Source: the human T2T-CHM13v2.0 reference genome, Homo sapiens. Taken from it: a DNA stretch of 64,000 nucleotides. The translations under genes and the position numbers were made by a program. The stretch lies in NCBI RefSeq assembly GCF_009914755.1, contig NC_060927.1, one strand, 5' to 3'. The notes beneath the pieces are model-generated. The model did not search any database, had not been told where the DNA came from, and saw nothing but the letters and a program-made list of their open reading frames with translations. Positions 1-13,760 of the stretch are shown here, one piece after another. How positions within the stretch are numbered: position 1 is the first letter of the stretch; each line of letters starts with the position of its first letter.

Positions 1-1245
1 TGTATATGGATTTTGTATCCTGTAACTCTGCTGAATTTATTTTTCAGTTTTGGTAGACTATTTAGGTTTTTCTATACATAAGATTGTTTCGTCTGCAAAC
101 AGAGACATTTGACTCCTTCTTTCCAATTTGAATGCCCTGCCTAATTTCTCTGGCCAGGACCTTCAATACTATGTTGAATAAAAGTGGTGAGAGTGGGCAT
201 CCTTGTCTTATTACAGTTCTTAGAGAAAAAGCTTTCAGTCTTTCCTCAATCAGTATAATGTTAACTATGGGTTTGTCATATACGGCCTTTATCATGTTAA
301 GGTACTTTCCTTCTATACCTAATTTGTTGAAAGTTTTTATCATGAAGGGATGTTGAATTTTATCAAATGATATCTATTGAGATGATCATATGGTTTTTGT
401 GTCCTTCATTCTATTGATGTGATGTATCACATTTATTTATTTGCATATGTTGAACCATCCTTACATTCTTGGGATAAATCCCACTTGATCATGGTGCATT
501 ACTGTTTCGATGTATTGTTGGATTTAGTTTTCTAGTGTTTTGTTGAGGATTTTTACATCAATGGTCAGAGAGATATTGGCCTGTAGTTTTCTTTTTTGTT
601 GTTGTATTCTTTTCTAATTTGGGTATCAGGCTTATGCTGGCCTCATAGGAGAGTTAGGAAAAGTTCCCTCCACTTCAATCTTTTGGAATAGTTTGAGAAG
701 GATTGATATTAATTCTTTAAAGTTTCAGTAGAATTCAGTGGTGAAGCCATCTGGTCCTGGACTTCTTTTTTTGTTGGGAGATTTTTTATTACTGATTCAA
801 TCTCATTACTTGTTATTGGTCAGTTCAGGATTTCTGTTTCTACTTGGTTCAATCTTGATAGGTTGTATGTGTCCAGGAATTTATACACTTCCTCTAGGTT
901 TTCAAATTTATTGGCCTAGAGTTGTTCACAGTGATCTCTAATGATTCTTTATCTTTCTCTGGTGTCCATTGTGCCATCTCTTTTTGGTTTCTGATTTTAT
1001 TCATTTGGGTCTTCTCACTTTTTTCTCAGTCTAGTTCATGGTTTGTTGATTTTGTTTATCTTTTAAAAAACAACTTTTTCTTTCATTGATCTTTTGTATT
1101 TTTTAGTTTCAATTTCATTTCTTTCTGATCTGATTTTTATTATATGTTTCCTTTTACTAATTTGCAGTTGGTTTGTTCTTGCTTTTCTAATTCCTTGATA
1201 TGCATCAAGTTGTCCATTTAAAATCTTTCTAGTTTTTTGACATAA
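1..1245 (-). mobile_element. Old LINE-1 (L1PB/L1MA-type) ORF2 fragment, runs off the window start
   Basis: Minus ORF 62..343 reads [23 protein letters not shown]...[15 protein letters not shown] (L1 RT); degraded L1 sequence continues to ~1245. Confidence 0.9.
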
Positions 1246-2362
1246 AAACCATTTTTGAGCATTTAAACACTGATCACAGATTGTTTTTGTACAAAATTGT
1301 AATTACAATTTAGCATGACTAATACTTTTGTATAGGTAAAATCTCTGTACACCATGCAAACCACACATAAAGGCAATGGTTACAAAGTGTGTTAGCAAGC
1401 ATACATTTACACTTAATCTATAAACACCATGAATTTGATTTATTTCCTTACTGTACATGTTTTTAAATCTTCCTAGGATTAGTACCATACTACTGTAATA
1501 TCTTCTCAGGGTTTTTACTTATCTTGACACCTTCTCAAGTTTGCTATAGTCTCACCAGAACAATCAAGTGTACAGGTTTTTGATGGATTGTTTATTGTTT
1601 AAGTTAAGAAACTTAATTTCTTTTCTCAATTTCCTCTCTTCTCTCCAAATTTTAAAAATTCATACCTTTCATAGAGGTTTTACTTTTGTGCAACCTGATG
1701 CCTTTTCCTAAAAAAATTCTTAAAATTTTTTATTGTGAAAATTTCCAAAGAGACAAAAATGTAGTAAAGTATAAAATGTTCTCCATCAACATTTCACCTA
1801 ATAGTTCTAGCACCCATTAATTCCTCTTTCTCTCTTTCTGAAAATATTGATTCCTAACAATGTTAGAAATTGATTTTTTTCTATAATATAAATATATTTT
1901 CATTAATAATATAAATACTAACTGTAGGTTAAGATTTTTTTGCACTTCAGAGTCTATAATCAAATGTTACATTTTAAGATCAGTTACAGTAATTATTTTC
2001 TCTGGTTGGTTATGTTACAAGATAATACTTTTAAATTATGACAAGATTTACCATAATGCATGGTTTGTTCTAAGATATAGACCTGTGTTGTTAATATTTT
2101 AACATTTTTATCTATTTATCATTATTATTTTTATTAATAGGGCCATCTAGAGGTGGTGTCTCCTGAGAGACTGGGAACAACCGAGTCTCAGCCATTACCT
2201 GTCTTTTAGCTCATTTGGCTAATTTATCATCTTGAGCACACTGTCAAGCCCCTATTCTCTTTGGTTATTTTGTGTATTCACTGATGCTGAATCCAAGCTC
2301 AATTCCCTTCCTGACTGCTACTTTTATCAGAACTGTACTTATAGTTCCCTGTGTTTGGATGG

Positions 2363-2722
2363 TGTATTAGTCTGTTCTCAGGCTGCTAATAAAGACATAC
2401 CTGAGACTGGGTAATTTATAAAGGAAAGAGGTTTAATTGACTTACAGTTCAGCATGGCTGAAGGTTTCAGGAAACAAATACTCATGGCAGAAGGGGAAGT
2501 AAACATGTCCTTCTTCACATGGCAGCAACAAGGAGAAGTGCTGAGCAAAAGGGGGAAATCTTTATAAAACCATCAGATGTCCTGAGAACTCACTCACTAG
2601 CATGAGGGTAACTGTCCCCATGATTAAATTACCTCTCACCACGTCCCTCCCACAACACGTGGGGATTATGGAAACTACAATTCAAGATGAGATTTAAGTG
2701 GGGACACAGCCAAACCATATCA
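2363..2722 (-). mobile_element. THE1 solo LTR (ERVL-MaLR)
   Basis: Termini TGTATTAGTC...AAACCATATCA; perfect 5-bp TSD GATGG at 2358-2362 and 2723-2727. Confidence 0.93.
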
Positions 2723-3142
2723 GATGGACATAAGTACCTATCAATACTTCCTAAACAGATGTATGTTAAATAGTAGTAACAACATACCTACATATATTAG
2801 CATTCCCATTTATTTAAATAAATACAATTAAGCATGCCCTATTCTATTCACCATTCTTTTATGGTTATGAGTATGTCTTGTATACTTCATATTATCATGA
2901 AATACTGGCCTTATATAGACTCAATATATTCCAATTAGCCACAATTACCATCATTATTTTGATGCTTAAATCCTCACAACTTTGTCCTTTTAAGAGTGCC
3001 CCAAAATCCTTTAAAATGTCCCTGTTCTCTGACAATAATTATTTCCAAATCTATCTGCATTGTCCTTGCCCTAAGACTTGGAATAAGCTATCTACAGAGT
3101 TTTGATTTCTTTTAAAGAAGAATAATATTTGTATGGGATACA

Positions 3143-3544
3143 GTATTTGCCCCATCCCTTCTCTTCACCTTCCCATTTCAGTTCTCACTGGCATGTTTTC
3201 AAATGCTAGTGTCTGCTTCTTTTTTCCTGAGGTCTTTTTGCCCAGGGTCTGGGTTCCACTTCTTGACTGACAGGCTGGAAGTTCCAGCCACCTGAGAGCA
3301 GCCCTCAACCAATGACTCAAGGAAGTTGGATGTAAATATTCCAACTCCCTCACTTGCAGGTGGGATAATTCTGAGGCTGCATTTCACTTTGAATCCCAGA
3401 GCTCTAAGTTACCAGCAGTGGCAACTTGCAAGAAAATGTAACCTCTACCAGTTTCTTTCCCTTTCCTCTCTCATTTTTCCACTCTTCTATTTGTATTGTA
3501 ATCCTTGCCTCAGTAACTGCTTCTGGGAAAACCTAGATTACATA
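3143..3544 (+). mobile_element. LTR16-like (ERVL) LTR relic
   Basis: Motifs GACAGGCTGGAAG, GCAGCCCTCAACCAATGAC and 3' end AATCCTTGCCTCAG...CTGCTTCTGGGAAAACC resemble the LTR16 consensus (recalled). Confidence 0.65.
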
Positions 3545-3568
3545 CTAGAGATCAAAACCTGGGTATTA

Positions 3569-3912
<344 letters not shown>

Positions 3913-4091
3913 TCACAGATTAACACTGATTTTTTCAGTTTAAACTCTTACATTGCAAGACCCTGTCTTTCGTATAATATGTGGTTTCACTGAGAAGACT
4001 TTCTTCTACTTTGACAAAGGGTTAGTAAATATCGGGTTATGATAATAATAGAGATAATATCTTTGATCTAAAAGATCGAATTTTTCAAAGA

Positions 4092-4175
4092 ATTCATTTG
4101 AAGTCAACTAGCATTTATTAGACACTTATGTGTCAAGCACTGGGCTAAGAGCTACGAACACAAAAGCAAAAAAGG
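4092..4175 (-). mobile_element. L2 3'-end relic
   Basis: CATTTATTAGACACTTATGTGTCAAGCACTGGGCTAAG matches the L2 3' terminus. Confidence 0.55.
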
Positions 4176-5854
4176 TGGCAGTAAATAAATTCGACATTTT
4201 TCCTGTCAGAAATTTGGAGAATTAAAAAGACCATGTTTTGACATTTATAATCCTATAAAGGTCGCATTTTCACACAAGAATAGTTCTTTTTGTATTAAAA
4301 AAAGAAAGGATGCCTCTTTGGAAGAAGAAAATGGGGGTAATTTTTGGCAATATTTAGGAATAAATTGTGGCAAGGGACCTTCTTACTTTGCTTCAAATCT
4401 TTTAAAAATTCTCATCAACTTTAGAAAAGATATTTTTTAAAATCAGACACTAAATTGAATTCATAATCAAAAGCAATACATGGTGTTCATTACCATTTCA
4501 AAAACATTAAATAAATCCTGTCAAAAGTGTTTTCTCTACTTGAGTAGAGAATTTTGTCTGTGTGTTTTGAAGACTTCTGAGAGACAAGTTTTAGGTCTAG
4601 ACCGGACTAAATCGAGTGGCACAAGAGCAGTAGTAAATTCAACACTGTAAAACTATATTTGTGTTGATTAATTACTAGAAGGAAAGCACACACTTCTTCT
4701 GGCTTGCTTCCAGTCAATATGGAAATACACGACCATACACAGTTTACTAAAGAGCATATTCAGAATGAAATATCTATATAGGAGAGGGTCCTATTTTCCC
4801 TGTCCTAGTCTTAAGACATTGAACTTCTTTTTAAGTTTATAATCTATTATAATTGTTAGAAACATCCATGGTATTTACTTTTCAGAGAAACATCACCATG
4901 AAACACTGTTAATTCCTGCCTATTTTCTGTTCCCAAGAGATACTTCTCTTCTTGACAAATTCCCCTTATCATATCAGTATTTGGGAAAATAATATGTGTT
5001 AAGAACAATTTAGAAACATCTTTAATCCTCCCTCCCTCAAAATGATGCTTAAACATGTCTGTTTAAAGAAGTCAATATTTGACTGAGTTATTTGGCAGTA
5101 GCAACAAGTTTACAGGCACATGGCAAGGACTGATTCTATCAAAAAAAAAAAAAACAGTATATTTGTGTTTTCATGCCCCTAATTGGCTTTAAGAAGTGAT
5201 AAAAGTTCTTGTTTTTTCTTGTTTTCATTTTTTACAGTGACATCCCTGGGCCTATATCTATATATCCCTGAGACTACATAGTCAATATAGAAGTGCAGAA
5301 ATAGAAGAGAGATATTTTACCATTTACTAAGACATGAATACTAGTATCTCATTTTTTATATTTATTCTTGTTCTCCCTTTTATTACTTCTGCTATCTCTC
5401 TGTCTTTCTAAAGATCCATTTGATGAGAAAGTCATTGGAATTTTTTTTGGTCCTTGATGTTAGGGAAGCAAAATCCAAAATTTCATTTCAGATCTGAAGT
5501 GTTTATTGAAGTTCTGATTGCCAAAAACATTTGTTTTAAATAGAAATTTAGGCTGAATCCTAGTTATAGCACAAATTAGGATAAATATGATGGATGCCAG
5601 TCATGAGTCTGTTGAATGTAACCATGAATCTAGAATTTCAGAGATGGTAAATATATAATGCACAATCGATCGCTTCTCCATCCTGAACTGCTGACAGACA
5701 TTGCTAATCAAGCCCATCACTCTAACCTGCAGAGCTCAGGCAGGACTTCTTTGACATGTTCCCAGCAGCACTATCCCTAGACCAATGTTAGCTCATGGAA
5801 TGAAATTATTTACCATCCTTTGGGCACAGTATAAACAGTTTACAAAACAAAATT

Positions 5855-6985
5855 GCTGCTTTAAAAACAGCTTTATTGAAATATAATTGATACACAAAGA
5901 ACTGCTTGTATTTAATGTGTACAATTTGATGAGTTTGAACGTATGCAAAAAACCTATGATACCATCACCACAATAAAGGAAATAGACATATTTGACATAT
6001 TTCAAAGTGTCTTTGTTTCCATTTGTTTTTCTTTTTGGGGTTTATATCTTTGTGGTAAGAACACTTAACATGGCATCTACCCTCTTAACAAATTTTTGTA
6101 GTGCACAATACAATATTGTTAACTATAGGCACACTCCATTGTACAGCAGATATCTAGAACATCTAGCATAACTGAAACTTTATACCTATTGAACAACTCC
6201 CCATTTCCTCCACCCCCAGCCACTGGAAATCAGTATTGCATTCTTTGCTTCTATGAATTTGACTGACTATTATAAATAACTCATATTAATGGAATCTTTC
6301 AGTTGGTCTTTCTGTGACTAGCTTGAGAATGTCCTACAGTTTCATCCATGCTGTTGCATATGACAGAATTCCCTTCTTTTATAATACTGAATAATATTTT
6401 ATTGCATGCATACACCACATTTCTTTTATTCATTCATTTGTTGATGAACACTTGGATTGTTTCTATTATTTCTTGGCCACTGTGAATAATGCCACAATGA
6501 ATATGGAAGTGTAGATTTCTCTAAGATTCTGATTTTATTTTTATTTTTGGATACATATCTAGAAGTAGAATGGCTGGAACATATGATAGTTCTATTTTTA
6601 ATTTTTTTGAGGACCTTCCATACTGTTTTCCATAGCTGCTGTACCATTTTACATTCCCACTAACAATGTACAAGGGTTCCAATTACTCCACATCCTTGCC
6701 AACACTTGGTCTTTTTGGTTTTTTGATAATAGCCATCCTAACAAGTATGGGGTGGTATCTCATTGTAGTTTTCCTTTGCATTTCCCTGATAATTAATGTG
6801 GTTAATTTTTTTTCATATACTTATTGACCATTGTATGTCTTCTTTGGGAAAAATGTCTATTCAAGTTATTTGCTCATTTTTCAACATGCTTTTGTTTCAT
6901 GTGGATGTGTGTGGGCGTACTTGAGTGTGTTTGGCTACCGAGTTGGAGTTCCCCATATATTTTTGAAATTAACCCCTTCTGAACT
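5855..6985 (-). mobile_element. Old L1 (L1MA/MB) 3' end
   Basis: Minus ORF 6426..6647 contains VQQLWKTVW (ORF2 C-terminus); typical L1M 3'UTR follows towards 5855. Confidence 0.85.
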
Positions 6986-8832
6986 TGCAGGTTAGAGTGA
7001 TGAGTTTGATTAGCAATGTCTGGCAGGAGTTCAGGATGGAGAAGTGGCCGATTATGCACTATATATTTACTATCCCTGAAGTTCTAGATTCACGGCTATA
7101 TTCAACAGACTCAAGACTGGCATTCATCATATGTACCCTAATGTGTGCTATAACTAGGATTAAATCTAAGTTTCTATTTAAAATAATATTAGAAATATTT
7201 TTGGACAATTGGAACTTCAAAAAACATTTTATATCTAAAATGAAATTTTTTATTTTGCTTCTCTGATATCAAGGGCTTAAAAAAATTCCAATGATTTCCC
7301 TTATGGATTGCTTTTTAATTCTCATCCAGGTTATACTTTAACCAGAATAATATGAAATATAGAAGAGTTATAAAAGTAGTTCACCTCTTTTCCCCGGGTT
7401 CTAAAATTGTGGAGACTACTGTTGCATAAAGATCTCCAGTTTCTTCCCTGTCCTAATGATAGTAAGAAATGGGAAAAAATCTCAACATCAAATAAGTAAG
7501 AGCAATAAATCAACTATTTAGAAAGTGTACACATAATGGATAGATATTACTTTTCCTAACAACTTATGTAATGGTCACGAATGGTGCTATCTCAGGCCAA
7601 GTTTAAATCTCTGGCCAGTGTAGATCATTCTGAGTAGAGCTAAAGTGATGTTTGTTCCCATTTATTTTTCTTCTCTGGTTTCTATGGAAACATATTTTGA
7701 AGTGGCCTTTGCCAGAGAGAATATTTTGTTTTGTTTTTAAATAGAATGATAACAAATTCTATTTATCTGTGCAAAGCAAAAATGTTTGAGATATTTCTAA
7801 ACCAAAGCTAAAATGTGATTTAATCATTTATTTGCCTGCCAAGAGAGGCAAAGTCATTAGAGACAACACTTTTAAGGGTTTGTATGTGTGCATTTCAGAA
7901 GAAAATTATTCTTTATCCAGCAGTTCAGGGGACATACAATTTATTTTGTTACACTTATGAAGCTACTCTATATTTTCATGCAAAATCCCAGGCAATGCAC
8001 ATTTTAAGACATGGCAAATTTCATAAACGCTCATTAAAATTTCAATTCAATAAATTAAGTTTTATTTTCAATGGTTCCCATTTATTTTTAACATAGAAGC
8101 TGTTTAAAATTAGAAAAACCCACAAAATGCACACACAAACACACATACACTCAGCTGTCTAACCCAGCTATAAAAATATGTTCCTCTTCTAGGGGTATAA
8201 ACTGAACACCTATGTAAAGTAGATTAATTTTCTAAGGAAATAGCATATTCAGAATAAAGTATTCATATTTATTCAAATTTTTACTTCCTAGAATTTCAAG
8301 ATAAAATAAAAACACATCTGTGTCTACCTTGTCCATAGTATTTATGCATTTTTAAGCTTCAATCATATCCAGTGTCAGCCTTGATCTGTCCTCTACAAAG
8401 GGATCTTGTTAGTCTACCAGCAGCCTGTCTCCCCCTGCTAATCATTTCACTTGCCCTTTACTCAAGGCCCACTTTCTGGACTTGTATATAATATCCCAGA
8501 TGCAAATGAACCATTGCTTTATCTAAGAGTTATGACAATTTTCATTAGGAAGATGAAAGAAAAATGGAATGTCTGGTAAGAGACTCATAAGCCCTTGTCT
8601 ACATCTTTGTCTAAAATTGATAATGTCTAAACTGATTCAAGAATAGCAGAATAATTAGATTATTTAAATGTATTAGAGTAGTTCTAGGGGGAACAGCTTA
8701 ATGTGTATTAGACGGCTGCCTCCTAAGCAGGACCAGGATAAAGGAAAAGCGTGAGGCAGATACTGCTATTAAAGGCTTCTTAGTACTACTGTACTTTCTA
8801 AAGCAAGTAGACATACTACTTTGATGAAAGAT

Positions 8833-8863
8833 GAGAGAGAGAGAGAGGGAGAGGAAGAGAGAG
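8833..8863. repeat. Imperfect (GA)n microsatellite
   Basis: GAGAGAGAGAGAGAGGGAGAGGAAGAGAGAG. Confidence 0.8.
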
Positions 8864-10274
8864 AACAGTAAAAATAGGAGGAGGGGATTCATTTGCTATG
8901 TTTCTGCCCACACAGATATGTTATGTGTCAGTTGACAGGATATTCAATTTATAAATAATGTAGGGTCAAATGCAAAATTAATACTTATGTTATCTTTTTC
9001 CTTTTATTACTTTTTATCTCTTAATTTTCAAATGTTCAGTAAGACAACTTTTCTCAAGAAGAAACCTTACTATAGCCTTTTCTATGAAGAAAAATATTCA
9101 CCTATGTCTCTGGATTTTTGTCCCATCTCTTCATCCATATGCAAACTTTTGTTGCCCACCCCCAATCCCATGATAATTCATTTTCCAGAAATTCATTTGC
9201 TAAATCAGAAAACTCTAATATATTAGGCATAATTTCTCCTTGTGGCTAAATTTATTTATGCTTATTCAAAATTTATACATTTAATATTTTTCCCAATTGG
9301 CTATATTTATTTAAATACTTTTACATTTATCCTCAATGTGAATCCTATCATCTTGCTCCATGAGGCACACCTGTCTTTCCTTCACCATTTTTTTATTAGA
9401 AAGTGTGCTTGGTCGAAACAGCCAGCCTTTTTCCGATTTGTCGGTATAATGTTATGCCTCGCTGGTTTACTCCCTTTGCAGGCAGGACTTGCCTGGCCCA
9501 CTTCTATGGCACCTTCTCAGAGCCTTCAGACTCAGAACACTGACTTCTAGATACTGTGACGGTGTCTTTAGTCCTCTACTGAGAGCCGTGCCTCTAGATA
9601 CTGTAAACTGTCACCCATCCATTGTAACCTACCAGCAGGTAGCAATACGGAATTAAAATAAATTAACCTCAACCTCTATGTGCTGCAGAACATCGTCCAG
9701 AATTTGTTCCTAATTCCTTCTTTTCATAAAATTTAAAGACAGCATGACACCTGGTAGAGCAAACCATTTTGCCTTTGTCCCCACAGCTAAAAATACATCC
9801 CTCAAATGTGTGTTTAAAATTGAGAAAATGGGCTTTCTTTCAACTGGGATGGCTGACATTTTTAAGACATAATAACTAGTTCTGAAAGCTATGGGCTTCA
9901 AACATGAGATGAGAGGTTGGAATTCTTCATAAAATAACAATTTTTTATTATGGAAACTTTAATCTCCTGAAATGCTATATATGAAAACCTAAATTTACAA
10001 AAGAAATCTATTGTTTTGTAATTGAAAAGACCCTCATTGTGTGAAAACCTTTACTTCAAAATTGTTTTAGAAAACAAATTCCCATGATATTAAAGATTTT
10101 CCTCTCCATAGACCACTGGCCACTCTTAACTACTTTGACCAAGAGAATAAAGGATGAGGAATTTTAAACCTACTTTTATTGTCGAGCATTGGTAATTAAA
10201 AGCATTAAAAAGCAATTTCAGTGGTCAAAAGCAAATTGACACAAACGTTTACCTATACAAGTTATTATATTAAA

Positions 10275-10610
10275 GCAGAGGTCGCAGATTTGTGCAGAAG
10301 CAGATAACCTTTTTTTTCCTTTTCTTTTTCCTTTTTATTTTTTGAGACAACATTTAAAATTTCAGGGCTATCACATAAAAATCTGGATTCCTGACTTCTC
10401 CTCAGAAAAATCAGAGGATCTGGAAACTCACATTTCCACTGACAATAAGCACTGGAGTTGAATAGCTGAGTTCTCTTTTATGTATAGCATGAATACACCG
10501 GTTCTCTAGAGATCTCTTCAAACACTATTATATGCCAGATCCAGCTAAATTCACTCATTTAAATCACCTGCTTAATGTCTATAGGCATTTATTTGATTTT
10601 GTACACTCTA
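10275..10610. mobile_element. MER103-like hAT-Charlie DNA transposon relic
   Basis: CACATAAAAATCTGGATTCCTGACTTCTC...GAGGATCTGG resembles the MER103 consensus (recalled). Confidence 0.5.
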
Positions 10611-10874
10611 GTTTCCTAAATCAACTAGTTATGGTACTCATGATTTGGGTAGTTAGGATACTCATAGAGCAATGATCTTAATAGTTACAGGAATCTTATT
10701 TAATGACTACTTGTCATCAATTAACTTTATATTTAAACTAATAGTGGCTAGATATTGACATCTTTTGTAAAGTAAAAATAAATAGATGAATATATTTGAT
10801 TTTTGTGTAACTCAGTTGAAAACAAACTAGCTAAACAGTATTTTTCCTTATTTTACTACTAATTTTATATATCG

Positions 10875-11336
10875 TGTATTAGGCTCCTAAAGCTGCCATA
10901 ACAACCCAAGGTGGTAGCTTAAAACAATAGAATTTTCTTTTTTCACAGTTCTGGAGGCTAGAAGTCTGAACTTAAGGATCCAGCAGGGCTACACTCTCTC
11001 AGAAGACTTCCTGGGATAATCCTTTCTTGCCTCTTCCAGCTTCTGGTGGTTCTTGCTGTTCCTTGGTTTGTGGCAGCATAACTCCAATCTCTGCCCTTGT
11101 CTTCATATTCCCTACCCTCCATTGTGTCTGTGTTTCAATGTTCTTTCTCTTATAAAGACACTAGTCATTGGATTTATGGACCACTGTAAATCAATATCAT
11201 GTCATCTGGAGATCCTTGATTACATCTGCAAAAACCTTATTGCCAAATAAGGTTATATTCGTAAGTATGAGAAGAGCGGGGAAGGAGTTAGGATTTGGAC
11301 ATATCCTTTTTGAGAGATTCAACTCAACCCACTACA
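10875..11336 (-). mobile_element. MLT1 (B/C-like) solo LTR
   Basis: TGTATTAG start, TCACAGTTCTGGAGGCTAGAAGTC, GATTACATCTGCAAAAACC, end CAACCCACTACA. Confidence 0.85.
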
Positions 11337-11642
11337 TACTGATTTTTCACAGATTTCAGTAAACCTGTGACCCATTTTAAGTATTTAAGCTCCAGTCACT
11401 TTCCAATTTCAATTCACAGATTTAATAAAGTCAGTCTATAAATGTGAAATTTCCCTTTGGTTCCAAAACTGAAATCTCTGCTAAGTTATGATCAGTTGCA
11501 TCTAATAAGCCATCTCTAAGCTAGAGGACAAAACTGAAGTAGAAAATGTCTTAAAATTTAAGCAACAGGTTTTTAATTTAGAGAAATTACCGCCTTTTTC
11601 CCTTTGACCAGAGTTTTTCAAGATAAGATGTGTGGCCCCCTC

Positions 11643-11854
11643 CAAAGGTATGCTGACAAACTAATACAACTTTGATTTTGTGAGAACCAATTGTTAAGTA
11701 TTCAGGAATTCTGATGGCCCATGTTAGCTTAAAATTGGTCATAGTGGGAGTATTTACACCACCAAATTTGGCAAATGCTGCAAATCAAGGGACCTCCTCC
11801 CCGGAATCTCCTCCCCAGAGAACCAGTTGTTAAACAATTACCAACATACCACTG
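11643..11854. mobile_element. MER63-like hAT DNA transposon
   Basis: AGTGGGAGTATTTACACCA...AAATGCTGCAAATCAAGG; end GTTGTTAAACAATTACCAACATACCACTG resembles the MER63 terminus. Confidence 0.65.
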
Positions 11855-12429
11855 CCTGCACATTAGTAAGTGGTCCACAGGTGGTTTGGCAGTATCAGAG
11901 GAAAAGTGATTAATTATTCAGTTGTGCTCATCTACATTTCATAAGTGTGAAATACAAGATTATTACTGTCCCCAAAACATTATTTTTCTTAATTATCATT
12001 ATGTCCTTAAAGTATGTTCAAGAGTAACAAGGTAGCTGCAAACTAAGGTGAATTAGTCTCAGCTAATTAATTTTCAGATTATTTGCATACACCTGGAATT
12101 TTAAAATTATCATAGTGTTGTAGCTACAAAAATAGATCAGTGATTCAAAATAAATTCAGAAAAGCTTAAAAGTAATTATGAAAAGAGTAACAAAAATATT
12201 TCTGTTCATTGTACACATAAACAGTGTTGCAATTGAATATATGTGTTCTGACAAAGAGTCTGTGACTAAAATGTTTATTTGCAAATAAAAAACCACAACT
12301 AGAAATACCTAAAAAAGCAGACTTTGTTGGACAAGAGATCTAGCCACCTCTATCCCTTAGTGTGTTGTATGCTATGAGACTACGTGAAATAGTAACATGA
12401 AGGTAAAGAAGTTCTCTCATCCTTTATTT

Positions 12430-12628
12430 TTTTCATTTTTTGACAGGTTTATTCACCCATTTTGAGTACAACTCAATGGCTTTTAGTACCTGCGGTTGTG
12501 CAGCCAACAGCGGCACAATCAATTTAAACACATTTATTTTAACCCTGTGCCCTTTTAGCCATCACAACCTCTTACCCACCTAAACCCCCAATCCTAGGCA
12601 ACCACTCATCTAACTTTCTGTCTCCACA
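12430..12628 (-). mobile_element. L1M 3'UTR fragment
   Basis: GTACAACTCAATGGCTTTTAGTA...CCTAGGCAACCACTCATCTAACTTTCTGTCTC. Confidence 0.65.
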
Positions 12629-13074
12629 GACAGATCAAACCCTTTTTCATTTAGTCCAAAAGCCTCTATAAATGTTGGACAGGCTCCTTGGCATCTATGA
12701 CGCTCACAAATCCCCAGTTCTCTCATTCTTAAACAAAGCATGGTGACCTTTTTAGCAAATCAATTACATTTTACCAGGATGAGTACATGTTTCCAGTATG
12801 AAATTGATTAACTTTGTTAATCAGTTTAAGGACATGTGACTGAAATCAGAGGCATCATTCACTGTTGTACTCCTCACAAAAAGAGAGGTACAAGCTAGGT
12901 ACCCACTGAGACACTTGATAAACTAAAAAGTTAACAAATATCACATCCACAGAAACAGCAGAATGAGTCCTACATAATATTGTGTTATCAAATGACACTA
13001 TTGTCATTTAATATTAATTGCATACAACATGGAGGAGCTAATGCTACAACATGCCCATTAGAAAATGTGCACTG

Positions 13075-13380
13075 GGTTAGGCGCGGTAGCTCATGCCTGT
13101 AATCCCAGCAGTTTGGGAGGCCAAGGCAGGTGGATCACTTGAGGCTGGGAGTTCGAGACCAGCCTAGCCAACATGGTGAAACCCCACATCCACTAAAAAT
13201 ACAAAAACTAGCTGGGCGTGGTGGCACATGCCTGTAATCCCAGCTACTCCAGAGGCTGAGGCTGGAGAATCGCTTAAACCTGGGAAACAGGTTGCAGTGA
13301 GCCGAGATCACATAACTGCACTCCAGCCTGAGCAATAGAGTGAGACTCCCTCTCAAAAAGAAAAAAAAAAAAAGAAAGAA
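13075..13380 (+). mobile_element. Full-length AluS
   Basis: Dimeric Alu with A-tail; perfect TSD AGAAAATGTGCACTG at 13060-13074 and 13381-13395. Confidence 0.96.
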
Positions 13381-13589
13381 AGAAAATGTGCACTGGGATC
13401 AGAACTGTTGTGTGAGCTGTGTGGCCATGTGTGTGTACAGGAAGGGGTATTGCTGGACAAGTAAAGAAATTGCACCCAGATGTCAGGTGTCATAGAGCCT
13501 TATAAATAGAGAATTCTTGGCAGTCACCAACCTGCCTCCTCATCTTGACTCAGTATTGAAGGAAATGATTCAAATTGCAAATATGGTCT

Positions 13590-13760
13590 AATTAATTCTA
13601 CAAACATTTATTGTATGTGATAGGCACTACTTTGGGGGGACTGGGGATATAGCAGTTATGAAAGCAGACAAAATATCCTGCCTCCTTCTGGTGTTGTGTG
13701 GTGTATGGAAGGAAACTAACAATAAAAGAAATAAATAAGTCAGTTAGATGCTTGATATCT
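13590..13760 (-). mobile_element. L2 3'-end relic
   Basis: CAAACATTTATTGTATGTGATAGGCACT...GGGGATATAGCAG...GACAAAATATCCTGCCTC. Confidence 0.6.

Noticed and set aside
1246-1500. 3'UTR-like AT-rich segment as a processed pseudogene
   Set aside because: No poly(A), TSD or recognisable parent gene.
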